Positions 11,721-24,780 of a DNA stretch of 64,000 nucleotides are shown piece after piece (within the stretch, counting starts at the first letter, position 1; the number at the start of each line of letters is the position of its first letter). The notes under the pieces were generated by a model, which was given only the letters and a program-made list of their open reading frames with translations, was not told where the DNA came from and did not search any database. The DNA is from Octopus bimaculoides (lineage: Eukaryota): contig NC_068996.1 of assembly GCF_001194135.2 (NCBI RefSeq), forward strand, positions 25,211,122 through 25,275,121. The letters are read 5' to 3'. Made by a program: the position numbers and the translations under genes.

Positions 11721-11860
11721 AAAAACGTCGACGACAACAGAAAGGATAAAGAGATAAAATAAAATATGGCGGTTGGCAACAGCTGAAGAAGGGAGCGACA
11801 CGAGCTCCTATTACTTCGTCCTGGTAGCCGTCTTCTTCTTCTTCTGGCTGCTGCTGCTGC
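11702..11860 (-). other. EIF5: Probable EIF5 non-coding first exon (5' boundary unknown)
   Basis: Consensus donor GACG|GTAAGTT at 11702/11701; CpG-richer context; no sense-strand ATG between 11721 and about 12668. Confidence 0.7.
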
Positions 11861-12230
11861 TGCTTGCTACTACGTCGTCGTCGCCGCCACCACCACTCCT
11901 CCTAAAACAAACACTACTTTAGTAGGAGTGTTTTTAGTAGTGTAATCGTCTCTTTCGGTACACTTGGTTGTTGAGTGGTGGAAAGTAGTAAAGGTGGTGG
12001 CAGTGTCGATATTGCTGGTGCTTGCTTTTATAGGCTTTTTTATAACTGCTGCTGCTGTTGTTGTCACTAGTGAAAACACTAGTGCTGCTGCTGCTAGTAC
12101 CGACACTAGTGCGGCACCTGATATTGCTGCTGCTGCTGCTAGCACTGACAATGGTCGTCGCTGCTCCTACTGCTGCTGATGTCGTTTTGATAAGGAAATA
12201 CTAAATACTACTACTACTAATAATAATAAT
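11820..12230. promoter_or_regulatory. CpG-richer, (GCT)n/(GTC)n/(TAA)n-rich region upstream of the EIF5 first exon (probable promoter/TSS region)
   Basis: Locally raised GC and CpG content with trinucleotide runs, directly 5' of the donor-defined exon; free of recognisable TEs. Confidence 0.45.
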
Positions 12231-13718
12231 AATAATAATAGTAAAAGTGGTGATTTCAAAAAAAAAATAAACTTGTTCACCGCTTTCCTACCAGTAATAT
12301 ACGTGACCAAATTAACTGGTTTTCTTCCTGCTGTTGTTCTTTTGTGTCGAGGTTAAAAGTAAAATGAATGTTGATAATGATGGTAATACCGCTACTGCTG
12401 ACGGCAACTATTATTCTGTGCAGACTGATGATCTTCAAAAATCACTGGTGAAAACAATACAAAACTATTATTAATGTTGTACTTTTTTTTAATGATATAT
12501 ATTAAACGATCGTAATAAACGTATTCTGTATAGTAGTTATATATATTGAAGTGCTATCCAATAACCAAGAATTCGCTTGGTGATAAGAATACTAGGGTGT
12601 TTATTGTTTCTCTCTTGTGTTGGCGGTGAATGATCTGCTAGTTCCCACAATCCGTGGTTAGAGACAGACATAAAAGGGGTGGGAGGACGAAAGTATGTGA
12701 GTGAGTACGTGTACTTTTCAGAGAGGGAAAAAGAGCTATTGAGCGACAGAGGAGGAGGAGAGAGAGGAAAACTACAAGTATGTATATGAGAGAGGCATAC
12801 ACATGGAACAATCGAGGGAAAAGACGACGGAGTGTATGAATGAATGAGAAGGGATGGGAGAGGGTGTGTTGAAAAGAAAAGGCGGGTGTTTAAGTAAATT
12901 ATCCTAAATTAACATTTTAAAAAGTAATTAGTGAGTTCGAGTATCAGTACTCCTCATGAGGTTAATTAATAATTTATGATATTCCTTCAGATAAATAAAA
13001 AATCGATTCTACGGAATTAGCTCAAAATATGCATAATCGACATATATATATATGTATATGAGAGAGAGATTGCTATCTACAAATAAGACAGATGCGAGCA
13101 GATCAAGTCGGTAAGAGAGAGGTGAACCCGTAAAATATTTCCTTTACGATACTTAATATTTTGTTGAGAAACAAATATTCTTCTATTCAGAATCAGAAAT
13201 CAAACTTATCGCTTATCATTTAATACGAATAAAATAAAATTAATGAATTCTGAAATTACTCACATCGTCGAGCAAATAACCTTGATCGGGAAAAAAAAGG
13301 TTGGTTACAAAATGAAAGATGGAGAGTTAAGTTAGAGGGAAGAAAGATCGGAATAAGTAGAGGGAACCGGAATTAGTCGTCGAAACAAGCGGAAGTCTCG
13401 TTCGAATGAGACTTATGGCATTTTTTTAAATGTAATATAACAACTTTGTTATGTTCATACGTTTTATTATGTTCACAGATGTACATATACGTGTTATATA
13501 CAAACACACACATATATATATGAATAATAATAATAAATGGAGCAAAACGCATATAAATAGAAGTTCCTTTAATTCCTACACATGTTTCAAACGGCTGTGA
13601 TATCTTGTTTTCTAGTGTAATTTTGCTACCTCTGGTAACTATTAACATATTTACATTATCAAAGGTTTTTTTAAAAACCGAGATAATATTAATATATACA
13701 TTAAACTAATATATATAT

Positions 13719-13749
<31 letters not shown>

Positions 13750-13750
13750 G

Positions 13751-13786
<36 letters not shown>

Positions 13787-13869
13787 CTCGACCCTACACC
13801 CAGTTTTTCGAAACCGGTTTCCAAGACTCGTGTCGAATAGCAGCATATGTGTGTGTGATTACTTATTAT

Positions 13870-13985
13870 TAACCCTGGTAGTGCTGTTGCCTGCCAGAAA
13901 GTGCTTTCTTGAGTTGAAATACCGCCGTGTTCAATGTTGGATCTTCTATCCTTCCGGGATCGAGAAAAAGTATCAGTTGACTTGA
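13870..13985 (+). mobile_element. Degenerate SINE family A copy
   Basis: GAGTTGAAATACCGCCG and TCTATCCTTCCGGGATCGAGAAAAAGTATCAG resemble the B-box and core at 110-180. Confidence 0.55.
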
Positions 13986-14000
13986 ATTCGAAAGCTTGTG

Positions 14001-14043
<43 letters not shown>

Positions 14044-14595
14044 AGAGAGAGAGAGAGAGAGAGAGAGCAACATAGATAATGCATGTGTTTATTAGAAGCC
14101 ACTTGTAGGGAAAGCAAATCCCTTTAATTTTCATAGCGCAAGCCGTGATGATAATAAATCACTTCCGAGATTATTGCACTGGGATACAGAAAATCCAATT
14201 ACGAATTGGCAATATAACTTTATTAAACTTTAATACATTTGTTTATATACATATACTTGTATACGAATAATTTAGGCAGAATTTTCTCGTGGCAAACAGT
14301 GGAACAGTAAAGAGTCATCATAAAATGGATGAGAAAACAAACTCCTGGCCAGACGGCAAGTTATGATCGCAGATCCTGGCGTTATCTATCCCATGTAGAC
14401 AGCTGAACTGACGCATATAGTTTTTTTATGTCCACATACGTGTGTGTGTGTATATGTATACATATATNNNNNNNNNNNNNNNNNNNNNNNNNNNNNNNNN
14501 NNNNNNNNNNNNNNNNNNNNNNNNNNNNNNNNNNNNNNNNNNNNNNNNNNNNNNNNNNNNNNNNNNNNNNNNNNNNNNNNNNNNNNNNNNNNNNN

Positions 14596-14629
<34 letters not shown>

Positions 14630-15394
14630 CATATGTCTATATATATATATATGTATATATGTGTATGTGTGCATGTATATAAACATATACACGCATGTAA
14701 GTAGATAACACCATACTAAATATACATGTGTAAATATGCACACCCCCTTTGAGTGTGTATCTATCTATCGATATATATATGAATGCATATATGCCTATAT
14801 GTATTTATGCACATGCGTGTACATCTCTATACACACACACAGATGCATACAACACTCGCGCGTGTAACTGCGTTTATACCGTCTGCCGACTTGCTTATAA
14901 TCGATATTATAAGAATTACATATCAATTTATTCATAAAAGTAAACAGCGAAATTTCATTTCATCCCACAAGCCTCGCGACTAGGTTGTTGTGACCTGAGA
15001 ACAAGATATTTCGCAGGTCTCTGTTAACTGTGACTGTGAATGCCAAGTGGGAGTATTGTGGGTTTGTGAAGATTATGCCTACGTGATGTAGATTAGGAAC
15101 AAACGTGGTGTATCAGCTGTACGTAAATGGAAATATCAAATGCGTATGACACACTGTCCCATCGGAAATAAAGAAAAATACAATTGAAACGGAATCTTTA
15201 TGTAATTATATCAAAAATATCGATGTGTAAGTGTCAATACATTCTAATATCAAGAACATCCTGACGGGACTGGGTGCCTATAGGTTTTACTGGAAGATTC
15301 GAAAATTCTCATGGCGAACACCGGCTAGATTTAACATTGCTTATATATATATATATATATATATATAGACATATGTGTGTGTGTTTATTTCCTT

Positions 15395-15646
15395 CTTTCC
15401 TATTTCTTGTTTCATTCATTGAACTGCGGCCATGTTAGTACTCATCCTTGACAGGTTTAATCAATGCGATTGCTCCCCTCCAGTTATTATTTTTAGTCTG
15501 ATATTTTAATTTTATTCTATTGGATCCTTTTTGACGAATCGCCCATTTTCGCACGTATATATATATATGTATATATATATAAAAACCAACACCGGTGTCA
15601 CGCGGTGAGAGAATTAAGACAGATATAGGCAATATGTGTGTGTGCA

Positions 15647-15681
<35 letters not shown>

Positions 15682-16035
15682 TCACGCACCCAGGCGGTGT
15701 CCCAGCATGGCAACAGTCTAATGACTGAAACAAGTATATTCACCTTTCAATTTTTACCTGTTCGAGTCATTAGACTGGGGCCTTCATCGAGCACTACATT
15801 GAGAAATTTTTAGTCGAATGAATCAACCTCAATATTTGCTTTTCTTTTAAGTCTGGCACTTATTCTATCGGCTACTTTTGTCAAACTCCTAATTTACGAG
15901 GAAGTAAACACACCAATACCAGTTGTCAAGTTGTGGTGGAGGGACAATCACACAAACACACACATATATACGACAGGCTTCTTTCAGTTTCCGCCTACCA
16001 AATCCACGCACAAGGCTTTGGTTGGCCCAAGGCTA
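15395..16035. mobile_element. Cluster of SINE family B fragments in both orientations
   Basis: Minus copy at 15755-16030 matches 50748-51146; plus-strand 3' end CCAGCATGGC...ATGACTGAAACAAGTA at about 15700-15735. Confidence 0.7.
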
Positions 16036-16429
16036 TAACAGAAGACACTAGCCCCGGGAAACATCGTCTCCAGCTGGCTATATGACACACTACCTGTGTC
16101 CTTATATTTTTGAACAAGGGAGTTTAGTGTCCCCAATCAGCTCAAAGCAAATTTATTAATATTTGGCAGAAGCAAATGAATGACTCAAAGTCCAAGAGTT
16201 TCGTGAGTTAGCACTTGATAAATGCTAATGCCCAAACCTCTCTGACCTTGAGTCACTCTGTCGCTTGTGTTGATGAATATCAATAAAAATATACATATAC
16301 TCATATTTAAGTTCTGTTTTTCCAGTTTGCACCACCATATCTACACACACACACGCACACATATATGTATGTATAATGTATCAGGATTCAAGTGAATCAG
16401 GCACTTAAATGGGTTGAAAAAATGTGAAC

Positions 16430-16745
16430 ACAACAAAAATAGAGAAATACATATGCAGGTACCAAAGAACAGGCAGAAAGATACTCAGTTTACGTATACA
16501 ATTAACTGTACCCAATCAAGTATATCATGAGCCCTGAGGCTAATCAAGAAATGCACATTGCACTCAATGTATGTACGGTACATAATATACTTCAGATCTA
16601 TGCAAGATGCAGGTTCCAAGTGAGGTGAATAATAAATAGATGGATAATGTGTCAATCTACTACAGCTGTTTCAAGTGAGTTTTTAATTGATTAATGAAGA
16701 CATTACATCATTAGAAAATCACGTTTTCATCTAGTGAAATCAGAA
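16430..16745 (-). mobile_element. Penelope-like repeat remnant with decayed hammerhead-like motif
   Basis: Minus strand carries GAAACAGCTGTA, the same 12-mer as in the intact fold at 25772-25820. Confidence 0.35.
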
Positions 16746-18056
16746 TATTCAAAGACATTCAAAAGCTGACTGCTTGTGCCACTTCATGATTCTATGAGCA
16801 TTACCAGTCATCTGATAATAATACTGCTTGTCATTGTGTTACTTCGCCTGTTGGTAACACTTTCACGTGATGAGAGAAGCATCCATGACACGAGATACAG
16901 TGAATGTAAATGTAATGCTTTCACGTGATTAGTTAAAGGGAAAGAGAAGAGAAAGAAAAAGGAGAGAGAAAAAAAGGATATGGCAAAGAGGGGAAAGAAA
17001 AGACAGAGAGAGAGAGAGAGAAGCGTTCATGATGTGAGGTAGGGGGGAACGTAATAATTTTAGCAGAGGGGTGATGTTCTGATTGTGAGGTTAAAGAAAG
17101 GTGGAGGGAGGAGAAAGATGATGATGGTGGTGGTGATTGGATAGTGAAAAGTGTATTTTTTAAAAATTGAACCAAGTTTTTTTATATCATCTATCACTTA
17201 ATGCATGTGCATAAGTGAAATACCATGAAATATTGATGCTTATTTACATGGCAGATATATGCAATTTAACTAAAGGTTGTATCATATGTACAGGATTTTT
17301 TTTTTTTGTTTATGGGGAAAATGGAAAAATAAGAGTGAATATTTATTTTATGAGTGCTGTGTATTAAGTCTATAAAATTGTGCATAAAGTATATGAAGTG
17401 TGTTAAGTAATCATCATATTCCAATTTCTTTCACTTTTCAATGAATAGCAGATGAACGACTATATTTCCATACAGACACAACACAGGCTACACTTTCAGA
17501 TTTTTTGGATAAAGTTTTCAGTGATAACCCAATAGGTTTACCGTTAATTTTGTAAAATATTCATGGGTCCCACTAGTAAGAATGAATTTGTTTGTTCAGT
17601 TTGGTGGTATTATAAGGGAAAATGCTTTGATGTCAGGCATAAGTTGAGGAGTATCAAAGGTTTATAGCAATGAAGAAGGTTAAAGGATGGAGTAAGTGGG
17701 GCAAACAGATAACAAAATATTTCGCCCCTACAACGAAGATAGAGTTAGTTTCTTTTATTTCCATCCAACTAGCAGTTTTCAGGCTAAGTACAAAGAGTAA
17801 GGTCAATCAGCTATTTTTTTATTCATTTATCTATTTATTTAACAGCTTTCTATATGCCCCCTATAAGGCCGAAAATATTGTAAAAGAGAGAGACAGTAAG
17901 TCTAAGAAGTGCTGGTGGGAGGATATCAAATAAGAAGAGTGGCTGTCATATCAAGAAGTATACAATAAAATGCATTTAATACAAAAGTATTTGAATGTAA
18001 ATGGATAATAATAGAAAAATGGAAGAGGTAAATAGTGCAAAGAATTTTATAAGGAT

Positions 18057-18960
18057 CATCATCATCATCATCGTTTAACGTCCGCCTTCCATGCTAGCAT
18101 GGGTTGGACGATTTGACTGAGGACTGGTGAAACCGGATGGCAACACCAGGCTCCAATCTAATTTGGCAGAGTTTCTACAGCTGGATGCCCTTCCTAACGC
18201 CAACCACTCAGAGAGTGTAGTGGGTGCTTTTACGTGTCACCCGCACGAAAACGGCCACGCTCGAAATGGTGTCTTTTATGTGCCACCCGCACAAGAGCCA
18301 GTCCAGGGGCACTGGCAACGATCTCGCTCGAAAAACCTCATGTGTCACCCACACAAGAGCCAGCCCAGGGGCACCGGCAATGATCCCGCTCGGAAGATTT
18401 CATGTGTCGCCCGCACATGAGCCAATCCAGGGGCACTGGCAACGAANNNNNNNNNNNNNNNNNNNNNNNNNNNNNNNNNNNNNNNNNNNNNNNNNNNNNN
18501 NNNNNNNNNNNNNNNNNNNNNNNNNNNNNNNNNNNNNNNNNNNNNNNNNNNNNNNNNNNNNNNNNNNNNNNNNNNNNNNNNNNNNNNNNNNNNNNNNNNN
18601 NNNNNNNNNNNNNNNNNNNNNNNNNNNNNNNNNNNNNNNNNNNNNNNNNNNNNNNNNNNNNNNNNNNNNNNNNNNNNNNNNNNNNNNNNNNNNNNNNNNN
18701 NNNNNNNNNNNNNNNNNNNNNNNNNNNNNCAGAACCCCACACAAGAGCCAGTTCAGGGGCACCGGCAACGATCTCGCTCGAAGAAATTTCATGTGTCACC
18801 AGCACAAGAGCCAGTCCAGGGGCACTGGCAACGATCTCGCTCGAAAAACCTCATGTGTCACCCACACAAGAGCCAGCCCAGGGGCACCGGCAATGATCCC
18901 GCTCGGAAGATTTCATGTGTCGCCCGCACATGAGCCAATCCAGGGGCACTGGCAACGAAA
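18057..18960 (-). mobile_element. Family C element (RTE 3' tail) with an internal 62-bp VNTR, gap inside
   Basis: (CAT)n tail at 18057-18071; units start at 18290, 18352, 18414, 18740, 18803, 18865 and 18927. Confidence 0.85.
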
Positions 18961-19539
18961 ATAAAGTAATGTAATAGGATAAATTATAATAATGAGTAAA
19001 AAAACAATAAGGAGTCAAAAGTGAAAGATACATTAATTAGTAAAAAATGAACTGGAAAAAATAATAATAGAATATATAATAACCATAATTCAATAAAGCA
19101 ATATAATGTTTTGAGATAAATCTAAATATATGTAAAAAATATAAGAAGATAAAAGAAAAAAGTATGGTATAAATTTCTAAGCCACAGTTTGAGGTGTATA
19201 AAATAGGTAAGTCTGACTGTAGTCACAGATTCATTCATATTAAGAATATAAAGTGTATAGATAAAAAAAAGAAAGTATTTATACATATTGTGTTCAACAT
19301 AAGGAATATGAGTACATGATGTGTTAGATATTATAGGTTATAAACAATTAGATTCAAATTCGTTACAAGGATGAATTGAATACGCAGTGCTGATGAGCAG
19401 TGATTTGTTTCAACTGACTTTGAATTTATACTGCATTGTTTTAACACTCAACATCTTTAAAGACACCTGCCCTAGATGAAATATTGAAGCCGAAAAGTGT
19501 TTTACAACATACATACATTAAGTATATGACAATTATGAA

Positions 19540-21625
19540 TGGAAGGAGGAGAGTTTGCTAAATGTTGACCCAATTGAGGGACCAGCTATCTGAATTGACA
19601 GTACCTTGGTAGATAAAACAATTAAGGATATGAAGACAGGGAAAGCCCCTGGCCCATCAGAAATCATTGCTGAGATGCTCAAAATATCTGGTGGTGTGGG
19701 TTTTGGCCTAGTCACCCATATTGTAAATCAGGTGGTTCATGAAGGAGTCAGACCCAATGACTGGTGTAGCAGCACCATAGTCAACTGCTACAAGAGTAAA
19801 GGTGATGCCTTAGACAGAAATAATTACAGAGGTATCAATTGTTGGATCAGGTGATGAAAGTTACAGAGAGGATCACAGCTCAACTAATTAGGGAGAGAGT
19901 TAGTCTAGACAAGATGCAGTTTGGTTTCCTTCCACGGAGAAGTACCACTGGTGCTATATTTCTGGTAAGGAGCTGCAGGAGAAATACATAGCCAAAGATA
20001 AACCTCTCTACTTGGCTTTTGTTGACTTGGAGAAAACCTTTGACAAGATCCCCCAGTCCCTTATCTAGTGGTCAATGCAGAAACTAGGGATTGGTGAGTG
20101 GTTGGTGAAAGCTATACAAGCCATGTACAGGGACACTGTCAGTAAGGTGAGGATTTGCAATGAGTACAGTGAAGAATTCAGGGTTAGAGTAGTGGTTCAT
20201 CCAGGATCAGTCCTCACCCTGCTCATGTTCTTCATGAGCAGGGTGAGGCAATAACAGGTATTTAAGATAACTGCCCCTGAGAGCTCCGCTATGCTGATGA
20301 CATGCTCTTATAGCTGAATCACTACTGGAACTAGAGAAGAAGTTTTAGGTATGGAAGCAAGGTCTAGAATCAAAGGGCCTAGCAAAAACCAGTCTTAGTA
20401 AGTAGAAAGACAAACAAATCACAAATCCCTTCAGGTAGATGGCATAGGTTGAAACTCCATAAGATGTACATAGTGTAAGCTATAGACACATAAGAAGTAC
20501 AACAATATCAGAGGAAAGTTAATAGGGTAAATAACTTTTGTGTGTGGAAGATGCACAGGTTCAATAAACACTGAAAATATACAGAAAATAGACTCCATTA
20601 ACTACCAGCAGGATAAGCTAGAGGTAGTAGATAACTTCCGTTATCTAGGTGACCAAGTGAGTAGTGGAAGTGGATGCTGTGAGAATAAGAATAGCCTAGG
20701 CAAAGTTCAGAGAGCTTCTACTTCTGCTGGCAACAAAGGGCCTCTCCTTCAGAGTGAAAGGCAGACTGTATCATGCTTGTGTGTGAACAGCTATGCTACA
20801 CATCAGTGAAACATGGACTGTAACAGTTGAGGATATGTGTAGGCTTAAAAGAAATGCATCTAGTGTGCTTTGCTGGATGTGCAATGTCCATGTGTATGTT
20901 TGACAGAGTGTAAGCATTTTGAGAGAAAAGTTGGGCATAAAAGACATCAGATGTGGTGCACAAGTAAGACAACTGTGCTGGTATAGTCAAGTGATGTGCA
21001 TGGATGAGGACAGCTGTATAAAGAAGTACCAATCTCTAACTGTGGAGAGAACCTGTGGTAGAGGTAGACCCAGGAAGACAAGGGACGAGGTGGTGAAGCA
21101 TGATCTTTGAACTTTGGGCTTCACAGAGGCAATGTCTAGTGACTGAGACCTTTGATGATATGTTGTGCTTGAGAAGATCTGTTAAGCCAAGTGAAATTGT
21201 AGATGTGGCCAATGCTGGTGTCACATAACATAAAAAAACACCTTTTGCGCATTGGGCCACACAGAGACAAAGTGGCTGATGCCGGTGGCATATGAAAAGC
21301 TCCTTCTGAATGCTGGGCCTCATGGAGACAATGACAAATGACAGAAACCTTGGCATTATGTCATGCTTGAGAAGAAGACCCATCAAACCAAGTAAAATCA
21401 CAGCCATGGCAGATACTGGTGTCACACAAATGGTACCTGTGCCAATGGCAAGTAAAAGCACCATTACACTTTTGGAGTAGTTGGTGTTAAGAAACCATGC
21501 CACAGAAACAGAAACCATGCCAAATCAGACTGGAGTCTGGTGCAGCCTTCCAGCTTGCCAGCCCTGATCAAGCTGTCTAACCCATGCCAGCATGGACAAT
21601 GGATGTTAAATGATGATGATGATTA
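19540..21625 (+). mobile_element. 5'-truncated RTE-clade LINE (RT domain, 3' UTR, (GAT)n tail)
   Basis: MKTGKAPGPSEIIAEMLK...KGDALDRNNYRGI, QGSVL, YADD (TATGCTGATGAC), RGRPRKT; ends GTTAAATGATGATGATGA. Confidence 0.92.
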
Positions 21626-21629
21626 ATGT

Positions 21630-21815
21630 GGTGTGTTGGCAGAATTGTTAGCACACCAGGCAAAATGTTTAGTGGCATTTATGTTCAAATTCCACTGAGG
21701 TTTACCTTCCCTTTCATCTTTTTGGGGTCAATAAAATAAATACCAGTTGAGCACTGGCTTCAATGTAATTGACATCCTCCCCCAGAATTGCTGGCTTTGT
21801 AGCAAAATTTGAAGC
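21630..21815 (+). mobile_element. SINE family A copy
   Basis: Colinear with 38-200. Confidence 0.75.
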
Positions 21816-21978
21816 CAATATATNNNNNNNNNNNNNNNNNNNNNNNNNNNNNNNNNNNNNNNNNNNNNNNNNNNNGGGATAAAAATCCAAATTTACAGTT
21901 AAAAACTCAATTAAATTCAATTTATTAAAAATTAAAATTAAATTAAGTTTTACAGTATAAAATATAAATATATATAAA

Positions 21979-22026
<48 letters not shown>

Positions 22027-22079
22027 ATATACATATATAAAGAAACCTTATATTTATACATATAGGTTTGTGTTTGTGT

Positions 22080-22215
22080 GTATGTCTCCACCCCCAATAG
22101 AGAACTGGTGTTGGTGTGTTTGTCCCCCGTAACTTAGTGGTTTGGAAAAAAGAGTTTGGTAGAATAAGTACCACACTTAATAATGAGTACTGGGATCAAT
22201 TCATTTGACTAAAAT
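22080..22215 (+). mobile_element. SINE family B 3' fragment
   Basis: GGTGTGTTTGTCCCCCGTAACTTAG...AGAATAAGTAC matches 50980-51060. Confidence 0.65.
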
Positions 22216-22439
22216 TCCACAAAGATTACATAGGGCAAATGAGACTTACCCTCACAGAAAGGATGACAGTCCACCACCAAAAATTGAGGGATCCCACCAC
22301 AAGACAGATACCACTTGGTAGGTACTTAGATTTCTGTGCACAAAACAAGTCCCCCAAATTCCTAGTTTTCCCATTGTACCAATGCCCGAACTGACCAAAC
22401 ACGAATAAATAGGGAAAATAATCTTATTCAAAAATACAG

Positions 22440-24780
22440 ACCACAACTCAACATACTCTAACATAACCCACCCACCCAGGTGCACACCCAAAACAAACAC
22501 AGATGTACAAAATCACATACACACACACATACATAAACACACACGCAATCACAATCTCTCCACACTAGAGCACAAACCCACACACATTCCAAGAAAAAAC
22601 ACATGCATATATACACTCACAATACGATTCCAGCAACCATAACCAACACCCACATACGTAAACATGTACATACACACACCTACACACCACCCCGACAATT
22701 ACAAATCACATTCTCACACATACATATATGCACACATATGTACACACACACACAAACACCATACGCCCGTTCCCCAGTAAAAAAATGACACACACACTCA
22801 AAAGAAAAACACACACATACACATACAATACAATCCCAATAACCACAGCAAACACTCACAAACACACAAGCATGCACACACACAATGACACACCTGCCAG
22901 ACAAATACAAGACACATAGACGCAGTCACACAAACACGCCCACACGTATACACACACACACTGCACTAACAATACAAGGAAAACTAATCACTCACAATTA
23001 CAGCGTGCACACACAGGTTCGCACACTGACCGGAAACTACATAAACCATGCCCACATACACACACACACACATACACACACAAACGCATACTCAGTACCA
23101 ACATACATAAAACGCACATGCAGACACATACACACCACCCGGGGATCTTTGGGGTTTGACGGGCAACATTTGTTTTCTTAACGAAATACTTTCAAACTTG
23201 GGACACTGGTAGAATGTGTCATATAAAACAACTTCTTCTCTTAAACTTCTTAACAAAAAATTGTACATCGCAAGTTATTTCATGTTAAAGTTGTCGTATT
23301 TCTGTAATTTCAACCAATCACTGACGTCTATTCAGCTGAATACAGTTACTGCTGTTCGGTGTCAAGTGTGTTATTCCCTGTTTAATTATATCATTATTCC
23401 CTAGTAAGGNNNNNNNNNNNNNNNNNNNNNNNNNNNNNNNNNNNNNNNNNNNNNNNNNNNNNNNNNNNNNNNNNNNNNNNNNNNNNNNNNNNNNNNNNNN
23501 NNNNNNNNNNNNNNNNNNNNNNNNNNNNNNNNNNNNNNNNNNNNNNNNNNNNNNNNNNNNNNNNNNNNNNNNNNNNNNNNNNNNNNNNNNNNNNNNNNNN
23601 NNNNNNNNNNNNNNNNNNNNNNNNNNNNNNNNNNNNNNNNNNNCTAACTCTAAAACCCGAACCCTAACCCTAAAACCAGTACAAACGCACGAGCGATGTC
23701 ATAAATAAGAGTAACACGGGTAGTTGTTGTTGACAAACAACGGGACTAATTTTATTCAAGGGAAAAGATCCCATGACACCGTTACGGCATTAATTGTTTT
23801 CACCTCAATAGACGTCAGTGATTGGTTGAAATTACCGAAATACGACAATTTTTTACATAAAATAACTTCGAATACAAAATTTTTTATCTGTTCTATACCA
23901 CAAAATATACAAATATTCGAAGTTTGAAAGTGTTTCGGTACCAAAAACACTACAAAAAAATGTTGCCCGTCAAACCCCAAAGATCCCCACCCAGATAAAC
24001 CCAACACACACGGACACCTAATAAATACAACACACACATACACACTCACACATACCCCCACACACATACATATGCACCCCCCACACACACATACGGTTGC
24101 TCACTCACACACACACCACAAGGACAATTCAAACAACACAAACATACTCAGAGACCCACACACTCATGTACACACACATAACATCCCCACCAACACAAAA
24201 CACCAACATACACATGCACACATACATATGCACCCTCACACACATACGGTTGCTCACACACACACACACCACAAGGGTTTTTAAAACAACATACATTCTC
24301 AGACAGAGACACACACACACCCGCATACACACACACTCCAGTACCCACACATAACACCCCATCAACACAAAGCACACAAATATACACACGCACACACACA
24401 GATGCATACATACATATTCACCCTCACACATACATACGGTTGCTCACATATGAACACACCACAAGGACAATTAAAACAACACATACATACTCAGACAGAG
24501 ACACACACACACACTCTCACATACACACGCTCACATACACACAGAGAACATCCCATCAACACAAACACACATACACACGCACTCACAGACGCACACATAC
24601 ACACACACGAACAAACACATACACAGACATGCACACACACACAACACCCTAACAAATATTAATCACACACACACAAACGTGCACACATATACACACACTA
24701 CAATAAACTTTGGGACCAATCAAAAATGGCCCACACACACAGACACAAACACATGTATACACACACACACATAGAGACGT
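22440..24780. repeat. CA-rich compound microsatellite/minisatellite array, split by a TIR element
   Basis: Degenerate (CA)n with a higher-order unit (CATACGGTTGCTCAC...CCACAAGG) repeated three times in 24060-24470. Confidence 0.85.
23141..23988. mobile_element. Non-autonomous DNA element with 31-bp perfect TIRs and apparent 4-bp TSD (ACCC)
   Basis: GGGGATCTTTGGGGTTTGACGGGCAACATTT at both ends in inverted orientation; subterminal inverted similarity (AACCAATCACTGACGTCTATT); ACCC at 23137-23140 and 23989-23992. Confidence 0.8.

Noticed and set aside
11870-12179. Poly-Ala/Thr ORFs on both strands
   Set aside because: Products of (GCT)n trinucleotide runs with non-ATG starts in the promoter region.
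12425-12455. CTGATGA...GAAA resembling a hammerhead core
   Set aside because: The intervening sequence cannot form stem II, and stems I and III are absent.
12364-12474. 36-aa plus-strand ORF (MNVDNDGNTATADGNYY...) divergent from EIF5
   Set aside because: It is short, with no recognisable homology and no splice or expression evidence.
18224-18964. 246-aa repetitive ORF and a CRISPR-like regular repeat
   Set aside because: The 62-bp units are contiguous with no unique spacers, there are no cas genes, the context is eukaryotic, and the ORF spans an N-gap.
23643-23675. Interstitial telomere
   Set aside because: Only a few degenerate CCCTAA-like units, and they lie inside a TIR element.
22603-24662. 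His/Thr- and Cys/Val-rich ORFs
   Set aside because: These are translations of (CA)n/(TG)n microsatellites; the same applies to 50334-50972, 52657-53110 and 57146-57744.
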